From Scyliorhinus canicula (taxonomy: Eukaryota), in contig NW_024055456.1 in the NCBI RefSeq assembly GCF_902713615.1, positions 1 to 64,000 on the forward strand: a stretch of DNA of 64,000 nucleotides, in the 5' to 3' direction. Position numbers and translations under genes: made by a program. This document shows, in pieces, positions 35,728 through 47,238 of the stretch. The notes under the pieces are model-generated. The model was not told the origin of the DNA and ran no database searches. It saw only the letters and a list, made by a program, of their open reading frames with translations. Position 1 is the stretch's first letter. Every line of letters starts with the position of its first letter.

Positions 35728-36744
35728 AGACTCTGTGCACAGTAATATACCGCGGTGTCAGATAGCAGCAGCCCCGAGATCGTCAATCGGTACAACTTCT
35801 CTGACTGCTGGACTGCATGAGAAAACCGGCCCTGTGCGAAATCCGCCTTCAATTCAGAACGGCCGTCCGTGCGCCTCCGGACCGCAAACTCGGGCAGTCT
35901 GTCTGGGTACTGACGGTACCAGAATAAATAATAAGCATCGTCGGTATAGGTGCAGGTTAGAGTGACATCTTCTCCCTCTGTCTGTGTGAATGAGGATTCC
36001 CGTTGAGTCACAGAATCTCCATCGCTCAGACCTGCAACACACGGTTATAGAAAGCGGAAATCATTGATTTAAAATTCAACTGAACTGAACTGAGGGTGAA
36101 AATTCCGATGGTGTAACATAAAAATTGATATAATTTAGAGCACGAGAAAGCTCATTCGGCCCAATTGCTTCATGTCAGTCTTTACAATCTCCAGGAGAAT
36201 CCTCCATCTCTCCTCCTCTCATTGTATCAACAAATCCCACCGTCCCTTTCTCCCTCATCTGTTTATCTAGTTTCTCTTGAAATGCCCCATTACTCTGCTC
36301 TTCAGCTCTTCCTTGTGTTTATTTTAGCCACGTTCTACCGACTCTCTTTCTAAAGTGGTTTCTCCTGATTTCCCAGTTAGAGAATTTGGTGGCGCTTCGA
36401 TTTCTGGCACCGAGATTTGGAACATGTGGAATTATCATTGTAAAGACATCAAGCTTGACTTCTCGTCAGTACAGAAAAGAACCAGAACATTTACATTGGT
36501 TTCTGATAGCTAGCATCCGCCAATTCCGGTACCGTCACTCTAAATCACGTATGCTTTGTGTTTTGCCAACATAAACTCCCGTGAGGAAGAGACTGGGGCA
36601 CAGACTAGTCTGCTCTCAGGGAGGTCCGATACTTGACTAACACGGTGTACTGCTTTTCAAATATATTGCTCCAGAAATTAAATTTTTAAAAGTCTTACCA
36701 ACAATGAATATCACCCAGATCACAGCGAGAACGGGGATCCGCAT
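35728..36744 (-). CDS. TCR alpha/delta-type V segment V4, apparently intact (leader 36744-36699, V exon 36031-35728)
   Basis: Leader MRIPVLAVIWVIFIV then GTAAG donor; 667-nt intron. V exon GDSVTQ...VTLTCTY...LFWYRQYP...DTAVYYCAQS is open. Confidence 0.93.
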
Positions 36745-37441
36745 TGCTGCTGGTCCTGGATTCTCAGAAACCTGCAGAATACTCAACAAGATAAAGCTGA
36801 GGGCATTGGCTGGGGCTGCTCTGACGTTACAACCTACGGAATGAATGATCGGAAGAGCTGGGTTAGCTGGCTCTGATTGGTCTGATGTCACCTATTTAAC
36901 CACACGTGTTTGTTACAAGGCACTGAGGCAGTTGCCCTGCATTCTACTGATAAGAGCCAGACGAGAAACACAGACTGCTTGACCCTTAATTGGATGTGGG
37001 GGCATTTTTGCCTTCGGTTCACCTGAAAGAAACAGCCTTGAAGAAAGGAAATACAAGTGCTGAATGTAGATGAATGTGTTCCGGGCATTTAAATCACTAA
37101 AAAAGACTTAATTTGAGGCGGGGATGAAAGGAAATGTGTTCTCAGATTTTTTTTTTGTATTCGTGCGGTATCAAACAGCGGAAAAAAAAAGACAATGACA
37201 ATCAACAGGAGAAATTTTCAATTTAACAAATGTTAAAATGTCAGTTTGTCAAATAGATCTTAAATGATTCCACTCAATTGCTCATTATTGGGTGAATCAA
37301 ATCTGACATCTAACATCTCTGTTCAGAGCTGCTAGGATCTGTCTTGTGGCTACATTCTCCAGTCCCTCCGCTCATTGCTAGCATCAGCGATATATTCCTC
37401 TACAGTCCGCTATTCCGTCCACTCTGTCAGACTGCGGCAGT

Positions 37442-37480
37442 GATTTTTGTACGAGGCTCCCTCTGGTTGCTGACACTGTG
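37442..37480 (-). other. 23-RSS of V5 fragment
   Basis: Minus strand CACAGTG + 23 nt + ACAAAAATC; spacer 22/23 identical to that of V3. Confidence 0.9.
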
Positions 37481-37538
37481 TCTCTCAGCTCGCAGTAATA
37501 CACCGCGCTGTCAGACAGCCGCAGCTCCAGGATGGTGA
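37481..37538 (-). pseudogene. V5: isolated FR3 end of a V3-like segment
   Basis: Minus strand TILELRLSDSAVYYCELRD; no FR1, FR2 or leader in the same orientation. Confidence 0.85.
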
Positions 37539-37799
37539 TTTATCTTGTTGGAATCCAGGACCAGCAGCAATGCAGATCCCGGCAGGAATAAATTTGGAAA
37601 GCAGGACCCGTGTTAAACAAGCATCAGACCAGCCTTAGAGCACACATGAGTCTTTGTCCTGGTCTCCTCCTTACAGGGGTTTATGTTCACAAAACACAAT
37701 GCAAACCGGAATTCGAAGATCAGATCTAGGAAAAAGGAATGTAAATGTTGTAGTTCTTGTCTGTACTCACGGAAAGTCAACCTTGATGCCTTTACAATG

Positions 37800-38075
37800 A
37801 TGACCCCGGCTTGGGTCACTGTCTGTTTGGAGTCTGCACCATAATCCCGTGTCTGCGTTATTCCTCCGGGTACTCCGGTTTCCTCCCACAGTCCAAAGAT
37901 GTGCAGGTAAGGTGGATTGGCCATGCTAAATTGCCCTTAGTGTCCAAACAAGTAAGGCGGGATTACTGGGTTACAGGGATAGGGTGGAGGCAGGGGCTTA
38001 GGTAGGGTGCTCTTTCCAAGGGCCGGTGCAGACACGATGGGCCGAGTGGCTTTCTTCTGCACTGCAAATTCTATG
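37800..38075 (+). mobile_element. 5'-truncated HE1-type SINE
   Basis: V-core and GGGCCGAGTGGC...CTGCACTGCAAATTCTATG tail. Confidence 0.85.
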
Positions 38076-38139
38076 ATTTTATGTGATGGACGTATGGAGA
38101 GGATAATTCCACTTGTCGAATGTTCCAAATCTCCGTGCC

Positions 38140-38330
38140 AGAAATCTGCCTAACCTACACATCTTTGGACACTAAGTGTCAATTGTTCATGGCCAGTCCA
38201 CCACTGCACATCTTTGGACTGTGGGTGGAAACCGGAGCACCTGGAGGAAACCCACGCAGACTCGGCGAGAACGTGCAAACGTTAACACCTGCGTTATGAG
38301 GAAACAGCGCTAACACTGGGGGCTAATTGG
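38140..38330 (-). mobile_element. Degenerate V-SINE
   Basis: Reverse V-core (GGACTGTGGGTGGAAACCGGAGCACCTGGAGGAAACCCACGCAGAC). Confidence 0.7.
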
Positions 38331-39068
38331 GCGTTGTTGGGATGTACAATCATAGACAGTATTTTCAACGTGAATAATATTCATATAATCACAGAAAGTA
38401 AATTACCAATTCATCTCTGGTGCCTTGGCGTCAATGGTAAATGATCTGGGCCCAGGTTTCTCATTTATTCTCTTCATAATAATAATCTTCATTAGCGTTA
38501 CAACTAGGCTGACATTAACAATGCAATGAAGTTCCAATGAAAATCCAATAAAAGGAGAAGATGTCTCCTTGAACACCTGACGTTCTGATTGGCCACGTTG
38601 TGCTTCGAGGAGAGCCACATTGATTTCGAAATGCTAACTCTTGTTCAATGATCCACAGATACTGCCAGACCTGCAGCTTCTTTCCATCATTTTCTGTTTA
38701 TATTTCAGAACTACACCATCTGCAGCATTTTTTAAAAATAAGGATGGTCATATATTGTGTTTGATGGAGACTGAGAACACACGTTGGTTTATTGCTGCGA
38801 TATTCCTGAATTGAATTAGAGTCCATAAAATGAGAAGAGGCCTCATTTCATTTTCAGAACGAATGTCTTGATATGAATGCTGGAGTGTTTGAGGTCTGTT
38901 GTTGTGGCCGGGCCCAAATATACATGACCACAGTTTCTATTGGCTGCACACCAGTGACTAACCTCGCCTTCTCCAACAGTACCTGCCAACTACTCCCAAA
39001 GAACCTCCAAAAAATGGAATGCAAAATGCACTGGCATTTCACTGCGCGGGAAACTTACGTTGGACCAA

Positions 39069-39083
39069 AGCACCATCTGGCGG
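39069..39083 (-). promoter_or_regulatory. CTCF-like motif
   Basis: Minus strand CCGCCAGATGGTGCT, 13/15 to consensus. Confidence 0.4.
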
Positions 39084-39356
39084 CCAACTGGCGACTTGTT
39101 TTTTTAAACGTGCATGTGAGGGAGAGGCAAGGCGAGAAACAAAAACAGGGAGATAAATAATAGGAAACACAGTGGCAGATAATGAAAGAGAACATGGAGG
39201 CAGACAGAGCGAGACAGAGAGAGAAGGGGGATTTTAGATGAAGGTACAATGTGAGAGAAAAATGCAGCAATACGGAGAAATACGAACTTGGAAATCAAGA
39301 AAAACAAATGACAGATTCAGAGGGAGAAACCGTGATAGAAATAGTGACCAAAATAG

Positions 39357-39590
39357 GGGCAGCACGGTAACACAGTGGTTAGCACAGTTGCTTCATAACT
39401 CCAGGGTCCCAGGTTCGATTCTCAGCTTGGGTCACTGTCTCTCCAGAGTCTGTACGTTCTCCCCGTGTCTCCGTGGATTTCCTCCGGGTGCTCCGGTTCC
39501 CTCCTACAGGGCAAGATGTGCAGGTTAGGTGGATTGACCATTATAAATTGCCCTTAGTGTCCAAAAAGGATAGGTGGGGTTACTGGTTAC
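39357..39590 (+). mobile_element. V-SINE
   Basis: GGGCAGCACGGTAACACAGTGGTTAGCAC head and V-core. Confidence 0.88.
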
Positions 39591-40682
39591 ATAATCAGAA
39601 AAATAAGGGAGAGGTGGAGGCAAGAAGGGAAAGAGATGAAGATATGGTGGAGAAACTGTGAATGGCACAGATATATGCAGACAATACAGCTGGAGGAACA
39701 AAGAGAGAGAAATGATCAGAGAATAAGAGGGACAAGGAGATAGACAGTGAGGTTAAAACGGTGTACAATGAGTCAAGTAATGTCTTACATTGAATCTAAT
39801 GAGCACAGACCCCAGAAATAAATAGAAAAAACGCATGGATCTAACATTGCTTAGGCAGAACCTCGACGTCAAATCATCTTTAAGACGAGATGCAAATTTG
39901 TTCCGAGGGAGTCAGCTTATGTGGTGAACGCAGTAAAGATGAACTTCCAATGTTGTTGTGGTACCAAAGCCAGAGAACAACTGCTCACTAATCTTTCAAC
40001 TACCTACATCATGTATAATGCAGTCTCCAGAGGTCAGTGCCAATTCTGCACCTTTTCATTGTTCAAGTGACTGAGGGGAAAAAAACAGGTATGTGGGCAG
40101 GATGGACCCAGAATCACAACATTTAGGGAAGGAATGAGGCCTACTTGAAAGTGCGACACCAAGCGGTTTTAATACCAGTATTTTCCACGTTGTCTTCCGT
40201 TTTCAATTTATGACAATATCCCTTTGACAAGTTTTTGTGTATCTTCGCCCTTTACCACTTTGATCGGTATTCCTGACAATAAGAAATCACAATGGAAAAA
40301 ATAAAATTCATCTTTCACTAACCATTTTCCATGAAAGTGAAGTGATTTTGTCATTGAATCTTCTACCAATGAAAATAATTACACGCGATCTACTCCAACA
40401 CAAGGGCAGTAATTGTGAGGATGTAAATTCCTTCTCCTTTCTACCTTTTTTGTGACAAGCAAATTAATCCAAGATTCCCTTGTCTGTTTCATAAACGTTT
40501 TTCATTCCTGGTACTCTTCTGATATATGATACTGTCATTCTCTCCAACTTGCAAACATTCTTTGTACTTTGTCTTTCACTGCATTTGGACAGCAATAATT
40601 ACTGCAGAATTTGGAATACGCTTCGATATAAACAGCATCGATGACAAAACCAGTATCTAAATGGCTCCAATTTATAAAATAG

Positions 40683-41015
40683 AATCATAGCATCTCTATA
40701 GTGCAGAAGGAGGACATTTGGCCATCGAGTCCGCACCGATTCACTGGACGAGCACGCCACCCAAGCCCAATTCCCCGCCCAATTCCTGGAATCCTTTAAC
40801 CTAATCTAAACATCCCTGACACTGAGGGTAATTTATCATGACCAATGCACCTAATCAGCAAATCGTTGGACTGTGGAAGGAAACTGGAGCACCCGGAGGA
40901 AACCCACGCAGACACGGAGAGAAAGTGTATGCTCCACAGTCACCCAAGGCCAGAATTGAAACTAGGTCCCTGGCGCTGTGAGGCAGCAGTGCTAAGCACT
41001 GTGCCACCGTGCTGA
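40683..41015 (-). mobile_element. HE1-type SINE
   Basis: Reverse head, V-core and tail. Confidence 0.85.
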
Positions 41016-41312
41016 AATTTAGCTTTCTGGCAAACGTTCATGTCTGCAGATAAAATACTCACCCAATCTACTCAAGGACCTCCTCCTAAAATGAATTACT
41101 TCGAACGGGTCAGCATAGGGTTCCAAAGTCAAGCATGCGCCTGATTAAATCACGTGTTAACATTAACAAAGTTATCCGTAGTGATGTCATATATTGCCTG
41201 CCCCCCTGCAGTGTGTGGCTGGAACAATAACCTGAACAGAGCCGGGTTCCCTCTCTGCTTCTCAATCTCTGCCTCATTCCATTCCCATTCCGTCAGAGGG
41301 ATTCGGTCAGAA

Positions 41313-41752
41313 ATGTCTCTGTTAATACTGGCGGCGCTTTTGCACAGTAAGTACTGGATTATGGGCTGGATTCTCCGGCCCACCAGCCACGTGTTTATAA
41401 CTCGCAGATTCTCGCAATGTTTGTTTAACTCTTCCTCTACTTTAATTTCTCTACTTTCGCAGGCGGACTATGCGCAGATCCAGTAACTAAATCACCGGAG
41501 ACAATATCTGCATCAGAAGGGGGTTCAGTGCAGTTAGATTGCGAATATACAGACCCGACTGTGCCACATGCTATAATATCAGCAAAAACCGGCACAGCCG
41601 CCGAAATTGATCATCATGAACATATCGGCGATGAAGAAAGAGGATATCTTAAGGCGATATCTGGCGGCTGCCAAGAAGTCTAAAAAGAATGGTTATCTCA
41701 ATATAAACGCGCTCAGTGTGGAGGACGGGGCGGTCTATTACTGTGCAATGAG
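41313..41752 (+). pseudogene. TCR V pseudogene V6
   Basis: Leader MSLLILAALLH (41313-41346). Exon from 41463 ADPVTKSP...VQLDCEY, then a frameshift and TAA at the conserved Trp position (41574); ends EDGAVYYCAMS. Confidence 0.9.
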
Positions 41753-41791
41753 CACAGTGTCACAAAGCCGCTACAACCATGTACAAAAATC
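41753..41791 (+). other. 23-RSS of V6
   Basis: CACAGTG + 23 nt + ACAAAAATC. Confidence 0.92.
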
Positions 41792-43164
41792 TCAGAGAGT
41801 ATTTTCAATTCCACTAATTTTGCGTTCCTGCCCTTAAAAGCACAGAAAGGCACTCAAGTCTATTTATCCACCAATTCCATTGCTGTCTCAATCCTTGTAC
41901 AGCTCAATAAAGGAGCCGTTTGGGATTCGTGAGATTAATCTGCATACCGCGATGCACAGTAAATTTACGCTTGGAATATCCACTTCTGAGCAGAAGTATT
42001 GTAAGCACTCAGATGTGGGGATGATAAAATCTTCCAAAGGATTAACTTAGGTGGATCTAAGGCCACTGAGTCTGAGCCCCCCTGTAGTCTTCAGCAGAAC
42101 ATGGATTTTCCGATCAAAAATATATCAAATATATGTTGACACTTCCTGCTTTCTGTTATGGAGTCGCCCCGATAAGGGATGTGTTTCAGCGAGGCGGTGA
42201 ACGAGTGGTGCTGTCCATGGTGAGTGCTGTAAAATTCAAGGGGCTCTGATGACTCACCGACTCGGAAAGGTCCACGACCGCGGGGCCATGTGTTTGTCCG
42301 ATCCTTCCAGATCTTTTCTGCACTGCCTCAGGGGACAGGTGTTCTCTTTCGATCGCTGGCAATCAGAAGATTGTGCGTCACTGCTGAGGTGCACAGATGT
42401 TGTGATCCTGTTCTGATAACAAGTACCGTGCCCCCGCTGTGGCATGGAGTTACCTCTACCATTGGAGCATCCTTCATGGCGCTGTGTTGGGACAGCTCAA
42501 CGATGCTGTGTCTCCCTCGATAAGAAACACCGACTCAGGAGATTGCGATACCTCTTCACGGACCCACGAACAAAACAAATTTGAGCAGGATTTGTTTATT
42601 CACTCCCCGAGCCTCCTCCATCGTTCAACAAGTTCGTGGCCGATGTGATCTTGACCTCAGATTCACATTTCGCCTACCCCGGATAAACTTTAAATTCATT
42701 TTTAATCGAGAATACAACCACGTCTGCCTCGAAATATTCAATGGACCCACCTCAGCGGTCTCTGCGGGAGAATTCCATAGATTCACGAAGCTCGCTCAGA
42801 AAAAAAGACAAAGATCTACATCTTGCAGGGTGATCATGGCTCGGCACAACATTGAGGGCCGAAGGGCCTGTTCTGTTCTGTACTGTTCTATGTTCTATGT
42901 TCCCGTCTTGCTCCGTTTTCACATATTCATTATAAATGGCGATGGTCTTTCTGATCGCCCTCTCGCACCCACCTTGAGAGAAAAATATCACCCCCCCCCC
43001 AACCTACCCCTCCCCCTCTTGGTGTTGGTTTGTTTCTGGGATCGACTGTCTTTCTGCTATAATGTGACTGCCGACACAGGCATACCTAGGGATATTTGTA
43101 TTTGTGTACTGGTATTTCTCTATATATGGGTCATATTGAGATCACTTTTATCTTTGCTGCTACG

Positions 43165-43470
43165 CAGATTCTCTCCAATCAGACGAAACATGTACCGTGC
43201 AGGCCGCCCGGATACAGACTGTGGATCCTCAGGATCGTCAGGATCGATTGTATTGGTGTGTGGCGTCAATATCCACTTCAACCCTCATTTCAGCGTCCCG
43301 ATGTTCCGCTGGGTCTTGGTGGCTCCAGTCTGATACAAACGAACAGAAAACAATAACAATCTCAAAATTCAGAATCAGCCTCATATTGACCAACGTAACG
43401 GTCACCCGCACCATGATCATTATTATGTAATTAACAATAATATCTGGTTACACAGTCAGGGGAGAATGGG
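43165..43470 (+). pseudogene. Possible highly decayed V-like relic
   Basis: Frameshifted pieces read ..DCGSSGSSGS.., LYW(C)-RQYPLQP (4-nt insertion), ..FRISLILTNVTVT..DHYY, then CACAGTC with no nonamer. Confidence 0.3.
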
Positions 43471-44072
43471 GGTTTTGCAGTAAAGGAAATACTGAGCAGC
43501 GAGATCATAAAGAGGAGAGCGAGAGGCGGTAGTTCCTGAATCAATCGCTCTTCAGGTCAGGCAATTATCTGTCAGAGCAGCAATCCAGATTCAGGTCCCA
43601 CTGCATTGCTGATCCAACCAATGACAGGAATCGAGCAGCGGCAGCAATGTCTAGAATATCCCAATGGTGTTGGGGCGAGAGCACCAAACGGAAGCTGTGA
43701 CCTGGGCACCGCAGACTCAAAGCTGAAAAATGTGTGCGGCGGTTATCAGCTGCAGTCACAAGTGATGGAGCGGAAATAGCGACAGTTGAGCACCCAGCAG
43801 CCCGTGACCATCCTGCACCTGCTCAACTCACTGAGAACAATATAGTGTCGGAGGGGTGGGGGCAGATTGAACTGACGCTACCTGCGCCTATTTGAAAGAA
43901 CTTTTTCTATTGCCCTCTTCACCCTGCATGTAAATCCCGCGGGATTTTCCGTTCTCAAGTTCTGACAATACATTATTAAATGTTCTATTGATTCTTCTTC
44001 TCTCATCAATTGTTACGCCAGACTCCAAATGATAACAACTCACAGTGCAATCAACATCATTACCTTGCCTAA

Positions 44073-44144
44073 GGTGCGGTGGCCAAGAGGAAAGGCGTTG
44101 GTCTCGTAAACCAAAAATCGCGGGTTCGAATCCCGCCCGTGCCT
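44073..44144 (+). tRNA. tRNA-Thr(CGT)
   Basis: 72-nt cloverleaf: GGTGCGG/CCGTGCC acceptor, TTGGT-CTCGTAA-ACCAA anticodon arm, GCGGG-TTCGAAT-CCCGC T arm. D-loop differs from the human-type consensus and no T4 is nearby. Confidence 0.8.
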
Positions 44145-44610
44145 CGGTGCTGATCCATTCAAACGCTTAATTCACTTGCAGCATGAAATCTCATTCATCT
44201 ATCTTCTTTATAGGACATTTAACCTTCAGCTAATGAAAATAATTCCAGACAATCTGGTCTCTGAAAAAAGCGATGTTCAGCGCAGTTCCCCTTTTGTACC
44301 TTCGTCAGAACCAAAATAAAGAAAACTAGTCTGTTGAGCCCTGCTATTATTCTGAGTTCTGACCTCCGCATGTTCACCAAAGTCTTGGCATTCTTTCGAC
44401 TTCGTCGCATCCATGGTGTGAACCGAGGACTCCAGGGATGATTTGCACAGATTAAGCATCATTTTTGATTAGAAACACCTATAGTGACAAAGATAGTGTA
44501 TAAACAGTTGGAATTTAGATTTCTGTCTAGGTTTCCCGCCCTGATATGCATTGCAGTCAACACTGAATCCACTCAACAGCCGAATTCTAACACGGAGTAA
44601 ACCGAATCCG

Positions 44611-44625
44611 GCAGCAGAGGGCGCC
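44611..44625 (+). promoter_or_regulatory. CTCF-like motif upstream of V7
   Basis: GCAGCAGAGGGCGCC, 14/15 to CCASYAGRKGGCRSY, about 175 bp 5' of the ATG. Confidence 0.55.
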
Positions 44626-44800
44626 AAATTCAAGCACGGGCGTCAGAAACTCACCTGATGGTGTCGGCCAAGCTGATAGGATGGGAGGCGAGTCATGTCA
44701 CAATAGACCCTCTCCCTGCACTGCATAAGTTCCCTCTCTCCTACACAATCCCTGACTCAGTTCAGTTCAGTTCAGTTCACTGGGAGAGATTCAGTCAGAC

Positions 44801-45430
44801 ATGGTTGTGATAATACTGGCGGCGCTTTGGCACAGTAAGTAGTTATAGTGTTAATTAAACCAGATTAGCATATTAATACACATAGGCTAGAGTATAATTA
44901 ACGATCGGGAATGTCTATGAAGTGCCTGCATCAGAGGTCCCAAAAAAATGCCGCAGATACAAGCAAATTTGTATCAACTCTGTTTAAACTCAGGGCGGCA
45001 CGGTGGCGCAATGGTTGGCACTGCTGCCTCATTACACTGAGGACATGGGTTCGATCCCTGTCCCAGATCATTGTCCGTGTGGTGTTTGAACATTCTCACT
45101 CCCGTAACCTAGATGTGCAGGCTAAGTGGAGTGGCCACCCTTAATTGAAAAAAAAACCTCTAAATTTATAGAGGAACAACAATCTGTTCATTTCATTCCT
45201 TCACTTTCGCAGGCGGACTATGTGCAATCCAGTAGCTCAGTCAGCAGTGACAATAACAGTGTCAGAAGGGGGTTCGGTGAAGTTAAATTGCCAATATAAA
45301 GGCCCCAACATATACAAAATGCAATGATATCAGGAGAAACCGGCACAGCCACCGAGATGGATTATCACCAACACCTTAGTAATGAAGAAAGATGTGGGTT
45401 CAGGACAGTTGCTGACAAATCTAAACATGA
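44801..45430 (+). pseudogene. TCR V pseudogene V7 (V6 family), 3'-truncated
   Basis: Leader MVVIILAALWH (44801-44834). Exon from 45213 has a 1-nt deletion, TGA at the Trp codon, and no YYC or RSS. Confidence 0.85.
44990..45172 (+). mobile_element. V-SINE in the V7 intron
   Basis: GGGCGGCACGGTGGCGCAATGGTTGGCACTGCTGCC head; CTCTAAATTTA tail. Confidence 0.8.
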
Positions 45431-45585
45431 GACCAAAATCCAGACGTATACTCAGTGATGTCACAGTGGGCCTGGCTCCCTTGCTGTGTCTGGGTGGGAC
45501 ATTGAGTTGAACAGAGCCCGGGTTCCCTCTCTCCTCTCAATCCCTGACTCATCCCATGCCCATTCACTGAGAGATCCAGTCAGAC

Positions 45586-46001
45586 ATGTTTCTAATACTA
45601 GTGGTGGGGCTCTTGCACGTTAAGTACTGGATTGTGCTCATCAAGACAGTTTAACAGATTGATGGGAATTTACACAGACTCATACAGTTAGATAGAGGTT
45701 AATATCTCAATCCTGTTTAACCTCCTGCTCTTTAGATCCTCTACTTTCACAGGCGAACTACTTGCAGATCCAGTTTCCGGTGACAGTAGCTGTGTTTGAA
45801 GGGTTGGATTGCGAATATACAACCCAGGTAATAAGAAACATCCACTGATATGGACAGAAACGGGCACAGTGTCCAAACTGAATTATTAATGATGTAGTAA
45901 GACTGTAAAAACTATAAAAAGATGGAATCTGAAGACAATGTCTACCTGTTGCTCATAATATAAGCGGTCTAAGTGTGGTGTATTTTTCCTGTGCAGTGAA
46001 A
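45586..46001 (+). pseudogene. TCR V pseudogene V8 (V6 family), heavily decayed
   Basis: Leader MFLILVVGLLH with damaged donor; acceptor CTACTTTCACAG as in V6. Multiple indels and stops; ends ..GTGTATTTTTCCTGTGCAGTGAAA. Confidence 0.8.
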
Positions 46002-46040
46002 CACAGAATCAGATAAAAACCAAGAACCCGCACAAAAATC
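46002..46040 (+). other. Degenerate 23-RSS of V8
   Basis: CACAGAA + 23 nt + ACAAAAATC. Confidence 0.75.
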
Positions 46041-46687
46041 CTCTGCGAGTATTTGTGTCGTCTTCTTTAGCGCCTTGATCAGCCGGGTTAATTCCATCCC
46101 AGGCCCACGGAGAACAAACATTGTCAGGTTTGTTTATCAAATATTTCCACTGTTGTCCTTGTTCAAATCAACCGATCTGAGAAGTCTTGTGACGTAGCTC
46201 AATGTCTCAGCCGATACCTCATCGGTAAATATCTCGCAGTTATTCCGTAATATTGACTTGCCGACCTAGACAGAGAAAGCTCTTGCACATGGAGTGATTA
46301 TAACTGAACTGTCTTTCTAGAGCCTTCAACTCTGACGGATCCTGGGAGACTGATTGTGCATCACTCATCCCTGTAACAAAACTGGAATGTGTCTCAGTCT
46401 GGAATTTGATTTAAAACAAGAAATAGACAACGGCCTCTGAATATTGGCTCGCCGAACGGCACAATGATTATTATCTTGAAGCACCATGGAACCCGTGTTC
46501 TCTGGTTCTGACTTCTAAATAAATAAAATGAATTTAAATGGATTCTGGCCCTTCTTTTCTGATATGAAAGAGCAAAAAAAAATCATGAACAGACCTCACT
46601 CATTGCGGCATATCCACGGAACAGTGTTACTAACATCCTTGCTCTCGGATAACTGCACAGGCTACACACTTTCAGAATCACCCGGCA

Positions 46688-46726
46688 TGTTTTTGTACGG
46701 CGCTGAATGGTTTTTAGTTCACTGTG
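46688..46726 (-). other. 23-RSS of V9
   Basis: Minus strand CACAGTG + 23 nt + ACAAAAACA. Confidence 0.95.
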
Positions 46727-47238
46727 CCTCCACTGCACAGAAATAGGTAGCGGTGTCTGTCACTCGAACGTCACTAACATTCAGAGAGCTGTGTTTCTCT
46801 GCTGAAATGAACCGAGCTGTGATCCGGCCCTGAGCACTGGTACCGCTCGCCAGGTGCTGCACGGTTCCATCCGGGTATTGTCTGTACCATTGTAGGATCT
46901 CTCCTGCTACTGTGGTGGAACAGGCCAAGGATGCAACATCTCCCTCTGCAACAACGATTGACTCTGGAGACTGTGGTACCTCGTCACTGCCAGCAGCATC
47001 TGAGATGTAAAATAACATGATAAATTTAATATCACACATACTACGAGAATATAATATAGCACAATCAAATACAACATGACATAGCAAGATATACAATAGA
47101 GGAAACTGTATGTTACTATTACTACAGCATGACAGATCTGATGTGTGAAATATTCCGCCAGATACAGTGATCACACTCACACGGAGAGAAGAGTAAGAAA
47201 TTCAGGGAGATAATCACTAAAGTGAAGCTCAGCTTCAT
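46727..47238 (-). CDS. TCR alpha-type V segment V9, apparently intact, short CDR2 region (leader 47238-47181, V exon 46999-46727)
   Basis: Leader MKLSFTLVIISLNFLLFSP then GTGAGT donor. V exon DEVPQSP...ASLACST...LQWYRQYP...DTATYFCAVE is open. Confidence 0.92.

Noticed and set aside
39864-39897. Octamer ATGCAAAT plus CRE-like site suggesting an IgH-type or TAILV V promoter
   Set aside because: No hydrophobic leader, V exon or RSS found downstream.
42581-43333. Longest ORF in the track (250 aa) as a real gene
   Set aside because: It runs through unrelated CR1/SINE tail fragments and low-complexity sequence; no coherent domain or splice structure.
44041-44047. CACAGTG heptamer before tRNA-Thr
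   Set aside because: No nonamer at either spacing and no coding segment upstream.
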